DNA of 64,000 nt from Octopus vulgaris (GCA_951406725.2 OX597828.1:45570001-45634000); one strand, 5' to 3'. Positions 13,628 through 25,361 are shown, numbered from the stretch's first letter. The notes: generated by a model not told the origin, from the sequence alone. Program-made: numbers and translations.

Positions 13628-13840
13628 CTATGTGTGTGTGTGCGTATGTGTGTGTGTCTTTCTGTTTGTGTTTGCCTTGACAATCGGTGTTGGTGTGTTT
13701 GTATCCCCATGACTTAACGGTTTGGCAAAAGAGACCGATAGACTAAGTCCTGGGATCGAGTCAATCGACTAAGATTTCAAAGCAGCGTCCCAGCCTAGTC
13801 GCATTCTCATAACTGAACCAAATTAAAAGATAAACGATAA
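13443..13840 (+). mobile_element. SINE family A, diverged
   Basis: Head, central (TA)/(TG) and 3' body recognisable. Confidence 0.75.
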
Positions 13841-14338
13841 AAGATATGTATTCAGGGTCTGTAGAAAGTCCAGCAGATCTCCACCAACTGGACTTACGTC
13901 ATTGTCCATTTTATCACGTGTGGTAACTCGAAGCCTGTTTTGGAGAAACAGAACGTGCATTGTTTCATCATATTGAACTGGTCAAATTGGTGAATACGGG
14001 TTTGAATAAAGAAATTTGTATTTGTCTTTTGCGGAAAAATTAATTATGTTTACATTACAAAAACATTACACAAATATCAGCTAGTTTATTGATCTCTTCG
14101 TTTCCTCCATATCATGGGTATCGTCAAAGGTATTGATCATCTTTCTTTGTTCAAAAATTTCCGTTACGAAATAGAGCTACTTTCAATCTATTTTGGTTTA
14201 TGTAATGGATCAGTGAAGAGGTACCTCAAAGATACTACACGAGGAGTAGGTACACATGAACAAGCATAGCAGATTCCATAAGGTACCTACTACTTTTTAT
14301 GGTCACTTATATGGCAATGAAACTACATTTGGTACATA

Positions 14339-14500
14339 GGCGCAGTTGTGGCTATGTGATAAGAAGCTTGCTTTCCAACCACATGGTTCAAGGTTCAGTC
14401 CCCTTGCGTGACACTTTGAGCAAATGTCTTCTACTATAGCCTCGAGCAGACCAAAGCCTTGTGAGTGGATTTGGTAAACGGAAACTGAAAGAAGGCCGTC

Positions 14501-14564
<64 letters not shown>

Positions 14565-14792
14565 CTATGTGTGTGTGCATATGTATATATCTATGTGTGT
14601 GTGTTTTATGTCTGTTTTTATCCCCCATCACCGCTTGACAACCGGTGTTGGTGTGTTTACATCCCCGTAACTTAAAGGTTCGGCATAAGAATCCGGCAGA
14701 ATATGTCCTAAGCTTAAGAAATAAGTCCTGGTGTCAAGGTGGTATTCCAGTATGGCCGCAGTCAAATTACCGAAACAGGTAAAAGAATAAAA
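14339..14792 (+). mobile_element. SINE family A
   Basis: Full family A structure. Confidence 0.85.
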
Positions 14793-15240
14793 GACTATTT
14801 CCATAATATCCGTTACGGTACTTGGTCATTGCCCCTTAAGCACAGGAGGAAATCTTGACTTTTAAATGTGTGAGATACACTGAGTAAAAGACGTTGAAAA
14901 CTAGAAAATACTTTATGATTTTAACTATAATTATGAAAAACACAATTGCTCTAAACTCAAAAACTGAAAAAAAAAAAAAGCCCTTGAAAAACAAAATATA
15001 TTTGAAACGGAGTTAATACCAGATGGGTGTACCGTAGTGCGGTGTCTTGTATCATAAGCTAGAGAGGATGTGATGACAAGAGTTATAAACCAGAGAATTG
15101 CACAACAATGTGATAACTAAGATAGTAAAGCAGGGAGCAGCACAACATATACTGTAGAGAGTTATTAGCCGGAAAGGAGCACAATATTGCGTGATGTCTA
15201 AAGTGATAAACCATTAGTTTTGGTAGCGTTCCTTGACCTC

Positions 15241-15625
15241 TCATCATCATCATTGTTCGACCGTGATCGAGACAATGGAATTTACCATGCTACGCCAGAC
15301 TTCACAGTCCATCATGGCATTACGGAGGTCCTGTTGCTGGATGCCTGTATCCCTGGAGATTACATCAGGGTAGGAGAGTGTGTGCCCTCTTGTATTGCGA
15401 GTAGATGGCTTCCAGAGGAGAAGAGTAGAAATTACCTCTTTTTCAGCTCTACAACAATGTCCAGCAAACTGGACTCTCCTACCTTTCAAAAGAGATGACA
15501 CAGGTGGTAGTTTCCCATATATTTGCATTTTGGTTGGATGGCGCTTCCACGAGAGATTTTGAGCTCTCATAAGGAGGAGAGTGTAGGTTCCATCCAACCG
15601 CCTCTCAAGCTTCTTTGATATTTTA
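15241..15625 (-). mobile_element. 5'-truncated RTE-type LINE 3' end with (TGA)n tail
   Basis: ORF 15250-15597 ..RRVQFAGHCCR..LLLWKP..RG..NAMMDCEVWRSMV is a typical RTE ORF2 C-terminus; stop runs into (TGA)n; possible degenerate TSD CTTGACCTCT/CTTAACCTCT. Confidence 0.85.
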
Positions 15626-16429
15626 CTTAACCTCTAGTTACTCTGTTAGTGTCACTATTAACAGCTGAGGTAGTGCAAGTAGCTGGTATAGTCGTTGCAT
15701 TTAGTGTCGTTACAAACTAGACTTCAGCCAGATTCTCAGAGAACAGAACAACAGAACACGTACACAGGATCCAACTAGTAAAATTGATCAACATGAAACA
15801 ACAATCTAAGTTGACGTTCCTGAATCATACAGGTAACGAGATGCATCTCCATTTACTGGTTACAATCGTTGGTCGGATACGAAATCTGACCAGTGGTAAC
15901 CTATAATAGCACGAAGCGTCCTGGTAACAAAGGAGTTAAGGCAGCCCCTAAGGGTTTCGGACAGTGTCCAAGTCCCGTAAATGTAATGCAAGACAGGGAG
16001 AATCAGAGACCTGAAGACCCAAATCTTTGTCCTCCTGCTCAGATATCAGCAACACCAAACCGTTATAATGTAAGACGAATTCCTGTGCTCAGATAATACC
16101 TTTATTAACGAACGAACGAACGAACGAACATTGGAACAATTTCAGACTCAAATGCAAAATGGCGAACTGTAATTTCAATTGTCCACAATACAAAATGAAC
16201 CGTCTGTACGGCAATAAGCGTGCTAGGGCGAAAAGAGTAAATCTACAACAACGAGTCGATGTATATCTAACGTCATCTGTTAGAGTCCATAAAGGGTTCC
16301 CCCGGACGAATCAACAAATGATGTGGAAATGAAAGACGTCACGTAAAAGAATCATTTCCATTGATTGGATTGCTCTTAATAAACAATATTTTGTGTTGAG
16401 ACAACTTGAGCTGTCTCAAACCTGCTTTG

Positions 16430-16680
16430 TCCAGTGAGTGCACAACTGCACCAGCATTCTCCAGTCTTTTTACGATTTCGGATTTGTAGCTAAAGCTTTT
16501 GCGGTTCGCGTTAGTCGACCACGTGCCTCATGGTCACGGCGTATGAGGAAATATTTTGCGGAGTTGGGAGCTGTTGGGAATATTACTTGGAGAGTTGCCC
16601 GGGATAACCCGAGCAGATACCGATAAATAGTGGATGCAGCGATATGCTGCAGCGGCACATGACCCCATACCTGACTTTAC
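16430..16680 (+). pseudogene. RTE-like LINE C-terminal relic
   Basis: SRPRASWSRRMRKYFAELG..WRVARDNPSRYR*IVDAA resembles the RTE GRPRxxW..WRxAxDR..WR..V C-terminus. Confidence 0.5.
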
Positions 16681-16799
16681 AAACTACAGAGTAGCAAACA
16701 GTTCATGTAACATACTTACTCGTTATTCTGGAACTGCTGGCCTTGTGCTAAAATGTGAAACCATTACTAATACGTAGAAGACGAGCCTACAGTCATACA

Positions 16800-17230
16800 C
16801 TTTTACTATTTTACTTGTTTCAGTCATTTGACTGTGGCCATGCTGGAGCAACACCTTCAGTCGGGCAAATCGACCCCACAACTTAATCTTTGTAAGCCTA
16901 GTACTTATTCTATCAGTCTCTTTTTGCCGAACAGCTAAGTTACGGGGACGTAAACACACCAGCATCTGTTTTTAAGCGATGGTGGTGGTGGTGGTGGTGG
17001 TGGTGGGGAACAAACACAGACACACAAACATATACAGACACATACATGCATATATATCTATGCATATATACGACGGGCTTCATTCAGTTTCCGTCTACCA
17101 AATCCACTCACAAGACTTTGGTCGGCCTGAGGCTATAGTAGAAGACACTTGCCCAGGGTGCCATGCAGTGGGACTGAACCCGGAGCCATGTGGTTGGTAA
17201 GCAGGCTGTTTACCACACAGCCACTTCTGT
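16800..17230 (-). mobile_element. SINE family A
   Basis: Full family A structure with a (GGT)n insert. Confidence 0.85.
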
Positions 17231-17696
17231 GAGACGTTTCAAAAGTTAGAAAGAGTTTACTATCAAAAGTAAACGTAACATTCTCACGTTTTTACTCTAG
17301 AAATTTGATTAAGTTTTATTTGATCATTTCTCCGTGACGTCAGTATGTCCAGACAGTTTGGTTATACGTAGGAAATAGTATTTTGAATCTACTGATGGTC
17401 TACAAATGACTTGAGGAACTGTATTGAATATTATTGATGTCGTTCGAGGTTTGGCAGGTTTTTGTGAGATTGGATCCGATTTCATAATAAAAGGGCAAAG
17501 ATATACTGAGCAGAATTTATTATTAATTCATGGGGTGCATGCAAACAGCATGAATCCAAGCAATATCGTATCTATTCATTCTCAATATAATCTGTTGTAT
17601 TTGAACGCGAATATCTGAACGCTGATTTTTACATCATTGATGAACTGCTCATACTTGTAGAAGATGTTTGTTCGTAACACACGTGATTCATCAGTT

Positions 17697-17924
17697 ACAC
17701 TTTTACTTGTTTCAGTCATTTGACTGTGGCCATGATGGAGCACCACCTTTTTTAGTCGAGCAAATCGACCCCGGGACTTATTATTATGTAAGCCTAATGC
17801 TTATTCTATCGGTCTCTTTTGCCGAACCGCCACCATCGGTTGTCAAACGATGTTGGGGGGACAAATACAGACACACATCGGTTGTCAAACGATGTTGGGG
17901 GGACAAATACAGACACACAAACAT

Positions 17925-17997
<73 letters not shown>

Positions 17998-18410
17998 CTC
18001 TCTACTCTTTTACTCTTTTATTTGTTTCAGCCATTTGACTGTGGCCATGCTGGAGCACCGCCTTTAATCGAGCAACTCGACCCCGGGACTTATTCTTTTG
18101 TAAGCCCAATACTTATTCTATCGGTCTCTTTTGCCGAACTGCTAAGTAACGGGGACGTAAACACACCAGCATCGGTTGTCAAGCAATGCTAGGGTGACAA
18201 ACACAGACACACAAACGCACACATACATATATATATATATATGCATATATACGACGGGCTTCTTTCAGTTTCCGTCTACCAAATCCACTCACAAGGCTTT
18301 GGTCGGCCCGTGGCTATAGTAGAAGACACTTGCCCAAGGTGCCACGCAGTGGGACTGAACCCGGAACCATGTGGTTCGCAAGAAAGCTACTTACCACACA
18401 GCCACTCCTA
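17697..18410 (-). mobile_element. Two tandem SINE A copies (3' half with 42-bp internal duplication; full copy ~18000-18410)
   Basis: Two tail/body starts; CATCGGTTGTCAAACGATG..AGACACA repeated at 17834 and 17876. Confidence 0.85.
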
Positions 18411-18582
18411 TGCCAAGTATGGAAACAATAGGATACCGCGGTGCTTCGAGCCCCTCATGTGTCTTCTCAAACATGCTTAGTAAATATATAGTTGTTCTTA
18501 GAACATCTGCTGGATTTGTCTGTGAGAAGAAATGAAACACAGACTCAGCTTGTCTGAAACATCTCTTCATAAAAAATTTCTG

Positions 18583-19125
18583 AGTGGCTGTATGGTAAGT
18601 AGCTTGCTAACCAACCACATGGTTCCGGGTTCAGTCCCACTGCGTGGCATCTTGGGCAAGTGTCTTCTGCTATAGCCCCGGGCCTCCAATGCCTTGTGAG
18701 TGGATTTGGTAGACGGAAACTGAAAGAAGCCTGTCGTATATGTGAGTGGATTTGGTAGACGGAAACTGAAAGAAGCCTGTCGTATATGTGAGTGGATTTG
18801 GTAGACGAAAACTGAAAGAAGCCTGTCGTATATGTGAGTGGATTTGGTAGACGGAAACTGAAGGAAGACTGTCGTATATATGTATATATATATATATAAG
18901 TGTGTGTGTATATGTTTGTGTGTCTGTGTTTGTCCCCCTAGCATTGCTTGACAACCGATGCTGGTGTGTTTACGTCCCGTCACTTAGCGGTTCGGCAAAA
19001 AGAGACCGATAGAATAAGTACTGGGCTTACAAAGAATAAGTCCCGGGGTTGATTTGCTCGACTAAAGGCGGTGCTCCAGCATGGCCGCCGTCAAATGACC
19101 GAAACAAGTAAAAGAGTAAAAGAGT
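18583..19125 (+). mobile_element. SINE family A with internal 46-bp unit x4
   Basis: TGTGAGTGGATTTGG..CTGTCGTATA at 18695, 18741, 18787, 18833. Confidence 0.9.
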
Positions 19126-19468
19126 AACTGTTTCTGTCGGACAGGGTATATATTATTCTAGCTGTTGCTCTTCTTCATGTTCTTGTAGCTGTTGCTACTG
19201 CAGATATCGTTATTGTTAATCAACTAATACATTAAAAGTTATATCCGTTTAAAAAAAATTTTCACGCTGGATTATATATGCATTTAGTAGTATACGCACA
19301 TACCAAACCATCTATAACACACACACACACACACATATATATATACTAAAACATACAGACGCATGTACATAGCTACATACATATACAGACATATATAGGC
19401 AAGACATAAATACCTATACAAATGCATTTATATATGTGTATGTATATATGTATATATATATATGTATG

Positions 19469-19526
<58 letters not shown>

Positions 19527-19613
19527 TATATATATGTATATATACATGTGTATATAGATATAGATATATATATATATATATATACATGTGTATATAGATA
19601 TAGATATATATAC

Positions 19614-19648
<35 letters not shown>

Positions 19649-19770
19649 CATACATACATACATACATGCATACACGCATACACACATACACACATACATA
19701 CATAAATACATACATACATACATACATACATACATACATACATACATACATACATACATACACACATATG

Positions 19771-19950
19771 TAGTGGGAATTTACAAAAAAGAAACAAAAG
19801 ACGAAGACGAGTGTGTAGACACCAAACAGATATATTAGTTTAACGCTCCTACGTTTCGAGCCTACGATCTTCGCCAGAAAGGAGTACAGAAATAAACAGG
19901 GAGAGAAAATAGGAAAAGGTTTAGTAGTTAGCGATCCATCATGCCGAATG
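19771..19950 (-). mobile_element. PLE-like 3' module with hammerhead-like motif
   Basis: Homologous to 24001-24200; minus strand CTGGCGA-A-GATC-GTAG-GCTC-GAAA-CG-TA at 19850-19877; abuts a microsatellite. Confidence 0.6.
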
Positions 19951-20233
19951 CACGAAAATAACTTTTAGTGTATTAATTGATTAATATTTTACAAATAATT
20001 ATCTACTCTGGGTATTTAGACTCTGTCCTTCTTTATAAGCTATTTTTGATTTCAGGTTTTCTTCGATTTTATTATAAGATGATTTTACACCGAATTTTGT
20101 TCATTGCATGAAACCGGTCATTGTAAAGACCGTTAGTTGAAGAGACCAATGAAACAAAATCCTTTTCAAATATTTATCCATTAAACTAATTGTATATGTT
20201 TGCTTATAACCGTATTTTTGTTCCATTATAAAC

Positions 20234-20280
20234 AAAACTGTCCGATGAACGGGAACGTGAAACTCTGAGTAACAGATTTT
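20234..20280 (+). ncRNA. Putative minimal type I hammerhead (U4C core variant)
   Basis: AAAACTGT | CCGATGA | ACG-GGAA-CGT | GAAA | CTC-T-GAG | TA | ACAG(A)TTTT; all three stems pair. Confidence 0.7.
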
Positions 20281-20425
20281 GTGATATTTTTGCTGCTTTT
20301 TAATAAAGCATTTTACTCTACCTCTGGTATTCGAGTACTATCTTTTCCACCTTGTTTCGCATTTATGTGCTTACTCTGGTATATATATATATCTGTATAT
20401 GTAATACGAGACAATTATTCGGTAG

Positions 20426-20493
20426 CCATGATAAAACTCCGAGTTTCGGATGCCGAGGTGGAAATCGACGCTGCCATATCTTCAGTTATCCGG
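20426..20493 (-). ncRNA. Putative type I hammerhead (left arm of inverted repeat 20391-20756)
   Basis: Minus: CCGGATAA | CTGAAGA | long imperfect stem II | GAAA | CTC-G-GAG | TT | TTATCATGG. Confidence 0.6.
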
Positions 20494-20653
20494 CCATCGG
20501 AAAAATGCCCTCGGCATCCGAAACTGATTAAACGCATGAGATGCGTTTACAACACGGAAGTGGACACCACACAAAATATATTCTATGGTATAAAATTCCC
20601 TCCAAAGAACAAAGGCTTGGAAGACTACGAAGTGAAGGGCATTTTTCCGATGG

Positions 20654-20721
20654 CCGGATAACTGAAGAGATGGCGGCGTGGATTTCCACCTCGGCATCCG
20701 AAATTCGGAGTTTTAACACGG
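20654..20721 (+). ncRNA. Putative type I hammerhead (right arm of inverted repeat 20391-20756)
   Basis: CCGGATAA | CTGAAGA | GATG..GTGGA-TT-TCCAC..CATCC | GAAA | TTC-G-GAG | TT | TTAACACGG. Confidence 0.6.
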
Positions 20722-20811
20722 CTACCGAATAATTGTCTCATATTACATTTACAGATAAATCCCTCTATTTACATAATATCGAGGTCTCTTTTGTTGTCTT
20801 ATCATTTTTAT

Positions 20812-20855
<44 letters not shown>

Positions 20856-21405
20856 GAAGAGCTCCACTCGAAACGTTACATCCTCCTTCTTTCTCTCCTT
20901 TCCTGAACGTCCAATAACACTATACTTGTTCCACGTCCTCGTGTACACATATATACACATATGTACACATATATATATATGCACACACATATATATATAC
21001 ATATATACATACATATATACATATATACATAGAAACGCATACTCACTCGCACACACACACAAAGGCACACATAGACATAGATACGTGCACACATACATAC
21101 ACACATACAAACATACAGATAAGCATACTTATGTACACGCATACAGCGGCAAAAATTCATTGCGTAAATAACACAAAAACATCGTTAACTACCAAGCATT
21201 GTGGAGCTAACAGACACAACATTAAAATAATATTAAGTACTCACGTTATATCGGCTTAAGCATGCTATCTGTAACCGAGCATAGATAATCATCCATAATA
21301 TATGCTTCTATACATATGCACCAAACTTACCATCATTAACATACATTGTTCCTTCGTGACAAAGCATACGCGGGTTATGCGATTGATGTATTTTCGCATC
21401 TTATA

Positions 21406-21423
21406 TCTATTATATAAAATCCG

Positions 21424-21464
<41 letters not shown>

Positions 21465-21700
21465 TTATAGGATCTCGGGCATCCTCCATCCGATCCATCC
21501 GATTGCGCTCAAATTTGGAATGTAGATACCGACGGTATCAGGGCGTGTATAAGTCATGAATAAATTACATATATCAATTCCAGGTGAGAATGCGATCGAT
21601 GGGAACGTGCATTTGTACGCGCAAGTACATCAGCTGTTGCAATCAGTACTACGCGTACGCGAGAAAAATGCACGGTGTCTCAAATTTAGGTTAAATCAGT
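21406..21700 (+). mobile_element. Helitron-like non-autonomous element, 5' part
   Basis: A|TCTATTATATAAAATC start, (TG)n, CCGATTGCGCTCAAATTTGG typical of small invertebrate Helitrons; no CTAG 3' end found. Confidence 0.45.
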
Positions 21701-21811
21701 GTTTCTGAAAGCTGAGGCCTATGGGATGGTCGGACAAGTTGTTTGAGAAAATTTGGTTTAAATGTTTGACAACTCAGCAGCACCGTCCGTTGGACGGGAG
21801 GCGTTTTGCTC

Positions 21812-21854
<43 letters not shown>

Positions 21855-22028
21855 TACAAATTGAGATAGGGGTTGTAAATGCAACCCTCCATGGGATAAA
21901 ATATATCCAATATACTGCTAGTGAAGTACCCAACAAAGTTAATACATAAATGTTAAGGATTGCGATGCAATCAATTCATTTACTGTATTATATGGACAAA
22001 GGTAAAATGATTTACCACAAATTACTAA

Positions 22029-22434
22029 TACAAGGTAAGAAACTGGAGAAATACATCTAAATCAAATATCAATTACCAGATAATACTCAATCACATACTT
22101 TATTAAACCACCACATAAGAGAATGTAGGGTTAAACATAAAAAAGCAGAACAAATCAGTGTACATAAAGGAATGTACATAAAAAAGTGTACATAAAAGAG
22201 TAATGTTGTATAATAAGTAGAAATATTTTCTTTTTTATATATATTCTGCTTATTATACAACATTACTCTTTTATGTACACTTTTCTATGTACATTCCTTT
22301 ATGTACACTGATTTGTTCTGCTTTTTTTATGTTTAACCCTACATTCTCTTATGTGGTGGTTTAATAAAGTATGTGATTGAGTATTATCTGGTAATTGATA
22401 TTTGATTTAGATGTATTTCTCCATTTTCTTATTT

Positions 22435-22438
<4 letters not shown>
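22029..22438. repeat. Long fold-back (~194-bp arms, ~21-nt loop) ending in (TA)n
   Basis: 22029-22222 is the reverse complement of 22244-22438 with few mismatches. Confidence 0.92.
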
Positions 22439-22471
<33 letters not shown>

Positions 22472-22474
<3 letters not shown>

Positions 22475-23038
22475 ACTTATGAAGAAGGGCAAAAGAAAAA
22501 AATTCAATGCCAAATATGCTGAAATATACTTAATCGTCAATAACCATATAAGTTATCACTATAAGCACGTTCTCGAAAGCAAGCCGATAGAAATTTCTAA
22601 AAACATGTTATTATCGGATCGGTCCCAATTTCTGAGTTAATTCATTTAGAATTTTCTCGTCATCACCGATAAATACGATAAGAAAATAAATGAGATACTT
22701 ACTTATACCTATGGAAGAAGTAAACACAAAGACATGAGCACACTTAAGTACCCCAAATATATCCAAAATAGAAATTTCACAGCATACCTCGAGAGATGTG
22801 TGATCGGACTGAAAATTTTCAAAGAGTGTGAGAGTCCGGAAGTGAATAGTATTAAATTTACATCTAATATAGGATAAAATTTTCGAAAAAAATTTATCAA
22901 TGTCCAGCATATTAAAAATATACCTTTAAGGGTTAAATATATAAACAACTTGTAAACAATGGCAAAAGAAAAGATTTCAATGCCAAATATGCCGAAATAG
23001 ACTTAATTGTCAATAACCATATAATTTATCACTATAAG

Positions 23039-23041
<3 letters not shown>
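22472..23041. mobile_element. (TA)n-flanked module with ~97-bp terminal direct repeats
   Basis: 22472-22568 is similar to 22945-23041; (TA)n on both sides; pseudo-LTR-like. Confidence 0.65.
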
Positions 23042-23087
<46 letters not shown>

Positions 23088-23255
23088 TTTGCACATACTG
23101 AACTCATTAGATGAGTTCAGTATGTGGCAAAGTAATTTATTTTACTAAGCCCTTATATATAATGTAATATTTTGAATTCGCCTAAAATGAGTCCCTTTAC
23201 ATACTGAATACTTGGTGAAATTGATTAATAATTAATTAATTTTACCTAATTGTTG

Positions 23256-23286
<31 letters not shown>

Positions 23287-23290
<4 letters not shown>

Positions 23291-23959
23291 GAAATATTAA
23301 AATAACTAAGCTCTAAAAGAGAACAGCGGCAGGTTCCCGGAAAATAATAGTTATCGCCATACTAATATGGCATTCTTAAAAATAAGAAAAAAGCTGTCCG
23401 CTTATTAGCTCCATGAGGCCATCGCCTTAAGTTAGCTATTTGATACACAAACTGTATCCATATAACCTTCGAACAAGGGAGGTCAGTCGCTCCACACTAC
23501 TTGACCGGCAGCTACAGACGCGTTTCGGGGTATTGCCCCTTTTCAATGCAGCTTTTTTCTTATTTTTATAAGAATGCCATATTAGTATGGCGATAACTAT
23601 TATTTTCCGGGAACGCTGCCGCTGTTCTCTTTTAGAGAGACTTAGTTATTTTAATATTTCTATTATTGAAAACAAGTGGATGTATTCCACCGAAACTAGG
23701 TAAATAAAACCATCGAACAGAGATTGTCGGAAGCGACACCTACTGGCTGGCTACGCTGCATTGAAAAGGGGCAATACCCTGAAACGCGTCTGTAGCTGCC
23801 GGTCAAGTAGTGTGGAGCGACTGACCTCCCTTGTTCGAAGGTTATATGGATACAGTTTGTGTATCAAATAGCTAACTTAAGGCGATGGCCTCATGGAGCT
23901 AATAAGCGGACAGCTTTTTTCTTATTTTTATAAGAATGCCATATTAGTATGGCGATAAC

Positions 23960-23963
<4 letters not shown>
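23287..23963. mobile_element. PLE-like module with inverted plus direct terminal copies, (TA)n-flanked
   Basis: 23345-23552 inverted at 23755-23963; 23287-23396 inverted at 23550-23665. Confidence 0.8.
23755..23796 (+). ncRNA. Putative minimal hammerhead, U3-A8 core (inverted copy at 23511-23552)
   Basis: GCTGCA | TTGAAAA | GGGG-CAATA-CCC(T/C) | GAAA | CGCG | TC | TGTAGC. Confidence 0.72.
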
Positions 23964-24000
<37 letters not shown>

Positions 24001-24004
<4 letters not shown>

Positions 24005-24760
24005 GAATTTACAAAAAAACAAAAGACAAAGACGGGTGTATAAACAACAAACAGATGTACTAGTTTAACGCACGGGAAGTGAGAAAGTCTTTTACGTTTC
24101 GATCCTACGCTCTTCGACAGAATGGAACAGAGAAATAAACAGGGACAGAAAACGGAAAAAAGGTTTAGAGGCTAGCGATCTATCATGGCGAATGCCGGAC
24201 AGAGGGACCACACAGGAGAGCTAGAACGAAGAGGAGATAATAAAGTAGCGGTGATCCCAAAACGAAGGTGCGCGTGAGTGTGTATGTGAGAGCGTGTACG
24301 TGCGTGTGGAAGAGGGCTGGTGACTTTGACGTGTGCGTGTGTGTATGTGTAGGTGTGTGGATGATGGTGTAGGTGCCGCGAAGTGGTCAGTGCTAGTGTG
24401 TGCGGGTGAAGTGATGTGGTGAGGCGTGGTATGGTGGTGTGTGGTGTGGTAGTGTGTGGTGAGGTGATGTTGGGGTGTGGGGGAGGCGAGAGTGTGGGAA
24501 ACCAGGGTGGGGGTCTAAAGGTTGGGGTGGAGGCGAGATGGGATGTATAGGGATGGGGACATTGGAATGTGTAGGGATGGAGTAACGAGGGAGCAGGTGA
24601 CGATGAAAGGACAGGGGGAAGGGAGGAGGTTGGTAGGAGTGAAGAGAGGAAGTAGGTGTCAGAGCAAGAGAGGAGAGGTGGGTGGGGTGAAGTAGATGTG
24701 AGCGGAAGAGAGGAAAGAGGAGGACGGTTACATGAAGATGAGGTGAGCGTTGAGCCCATA
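24001..24760 (-). mobile_element. PLE-like 3' region with hammerhead-like motif and purine-rich (plus strand) body
   Basis: Starts at (TA)n; homologous to 19771-19950; minus CTGTCGA-A-GAGC-GTAG-GATC-GAAA-CG-TA at 24093-24120. Confidence 0.6.
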
Positions 24761-24982
24761 CACTCTTTTACTCTTTTCCTTGTTTCAGTCACTTGACTAC
24801 GGCCATGCTGGAGAAACCGCCTTTAGTCGAACAAATCGACCCCAGGACTTATTCTTTGTAAGCCTAGTACTTATTCTATCGGTCTCTTTTGCTGAACCGC
24901 TAAGATACCGGAGACGTAAACACACCAACATCGATTGCCAAGCGATGGTGGGGCGACAAACACAGACACACACAGACATATA

Positions 24983-24990
<8 letters not shown>
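24761..24990 (-). mobile_element. SINE family A, 3' half
   Basis: Tail and body up to the central microsatellite. Confidence 0.8.
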
Positions 24991-25024
<34 letters not shown>

Positions 25025-25032
<8 letters not shown>

Positions 25033-25285
25033 TAAATTAGAGACAAAACCACTATTAGGCAAATCAAACAATGAAAAACTTAAGCCAATACATAAGAATA
25101 TTTAATTTATATTATTTAAATATATAACAAAATTATTTAAAAAATATTGTGTGATATTAATTATATTTTTTTAATAATTTTGTTATATATTTAAATAATA
25201 TAAATTAAATATTCTTATGTATTGGCTTAAGTTTTTCATTGTTTGATTTGCCTAATAGTGGTTTTGTCTCTAATTTAATATAATA
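25025..25285. repeat. Fold-back (~120-bp arms, ~17-nt loop) inside (TA)n
   Basis: 25025-25146 is the reverse complement of 25164-25285. Confidence 0.9.
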
Positions 25286-25361
25286 TAATATTTTACTATA
25301 AAATTGGATTCAATCCTAAATCTGATTTTTCATTGTAAGTTTGGATTTATTCCCTAATATT

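Noticed and set aside
16720-16765. 28-nt minus-strand micro-exon with GTAAGT
   Set aside because: Acceptor side matches the SINE C short tail, so probably repeat-derived.
24172-24792. 206-aa Pro/Ser/Thr/His-rich ORF (also 35663-36343)
   Set aside because: Compositional artefact of pyrimidine-rich repeat 3' regions; starts in a SINE tail or microsatellite.
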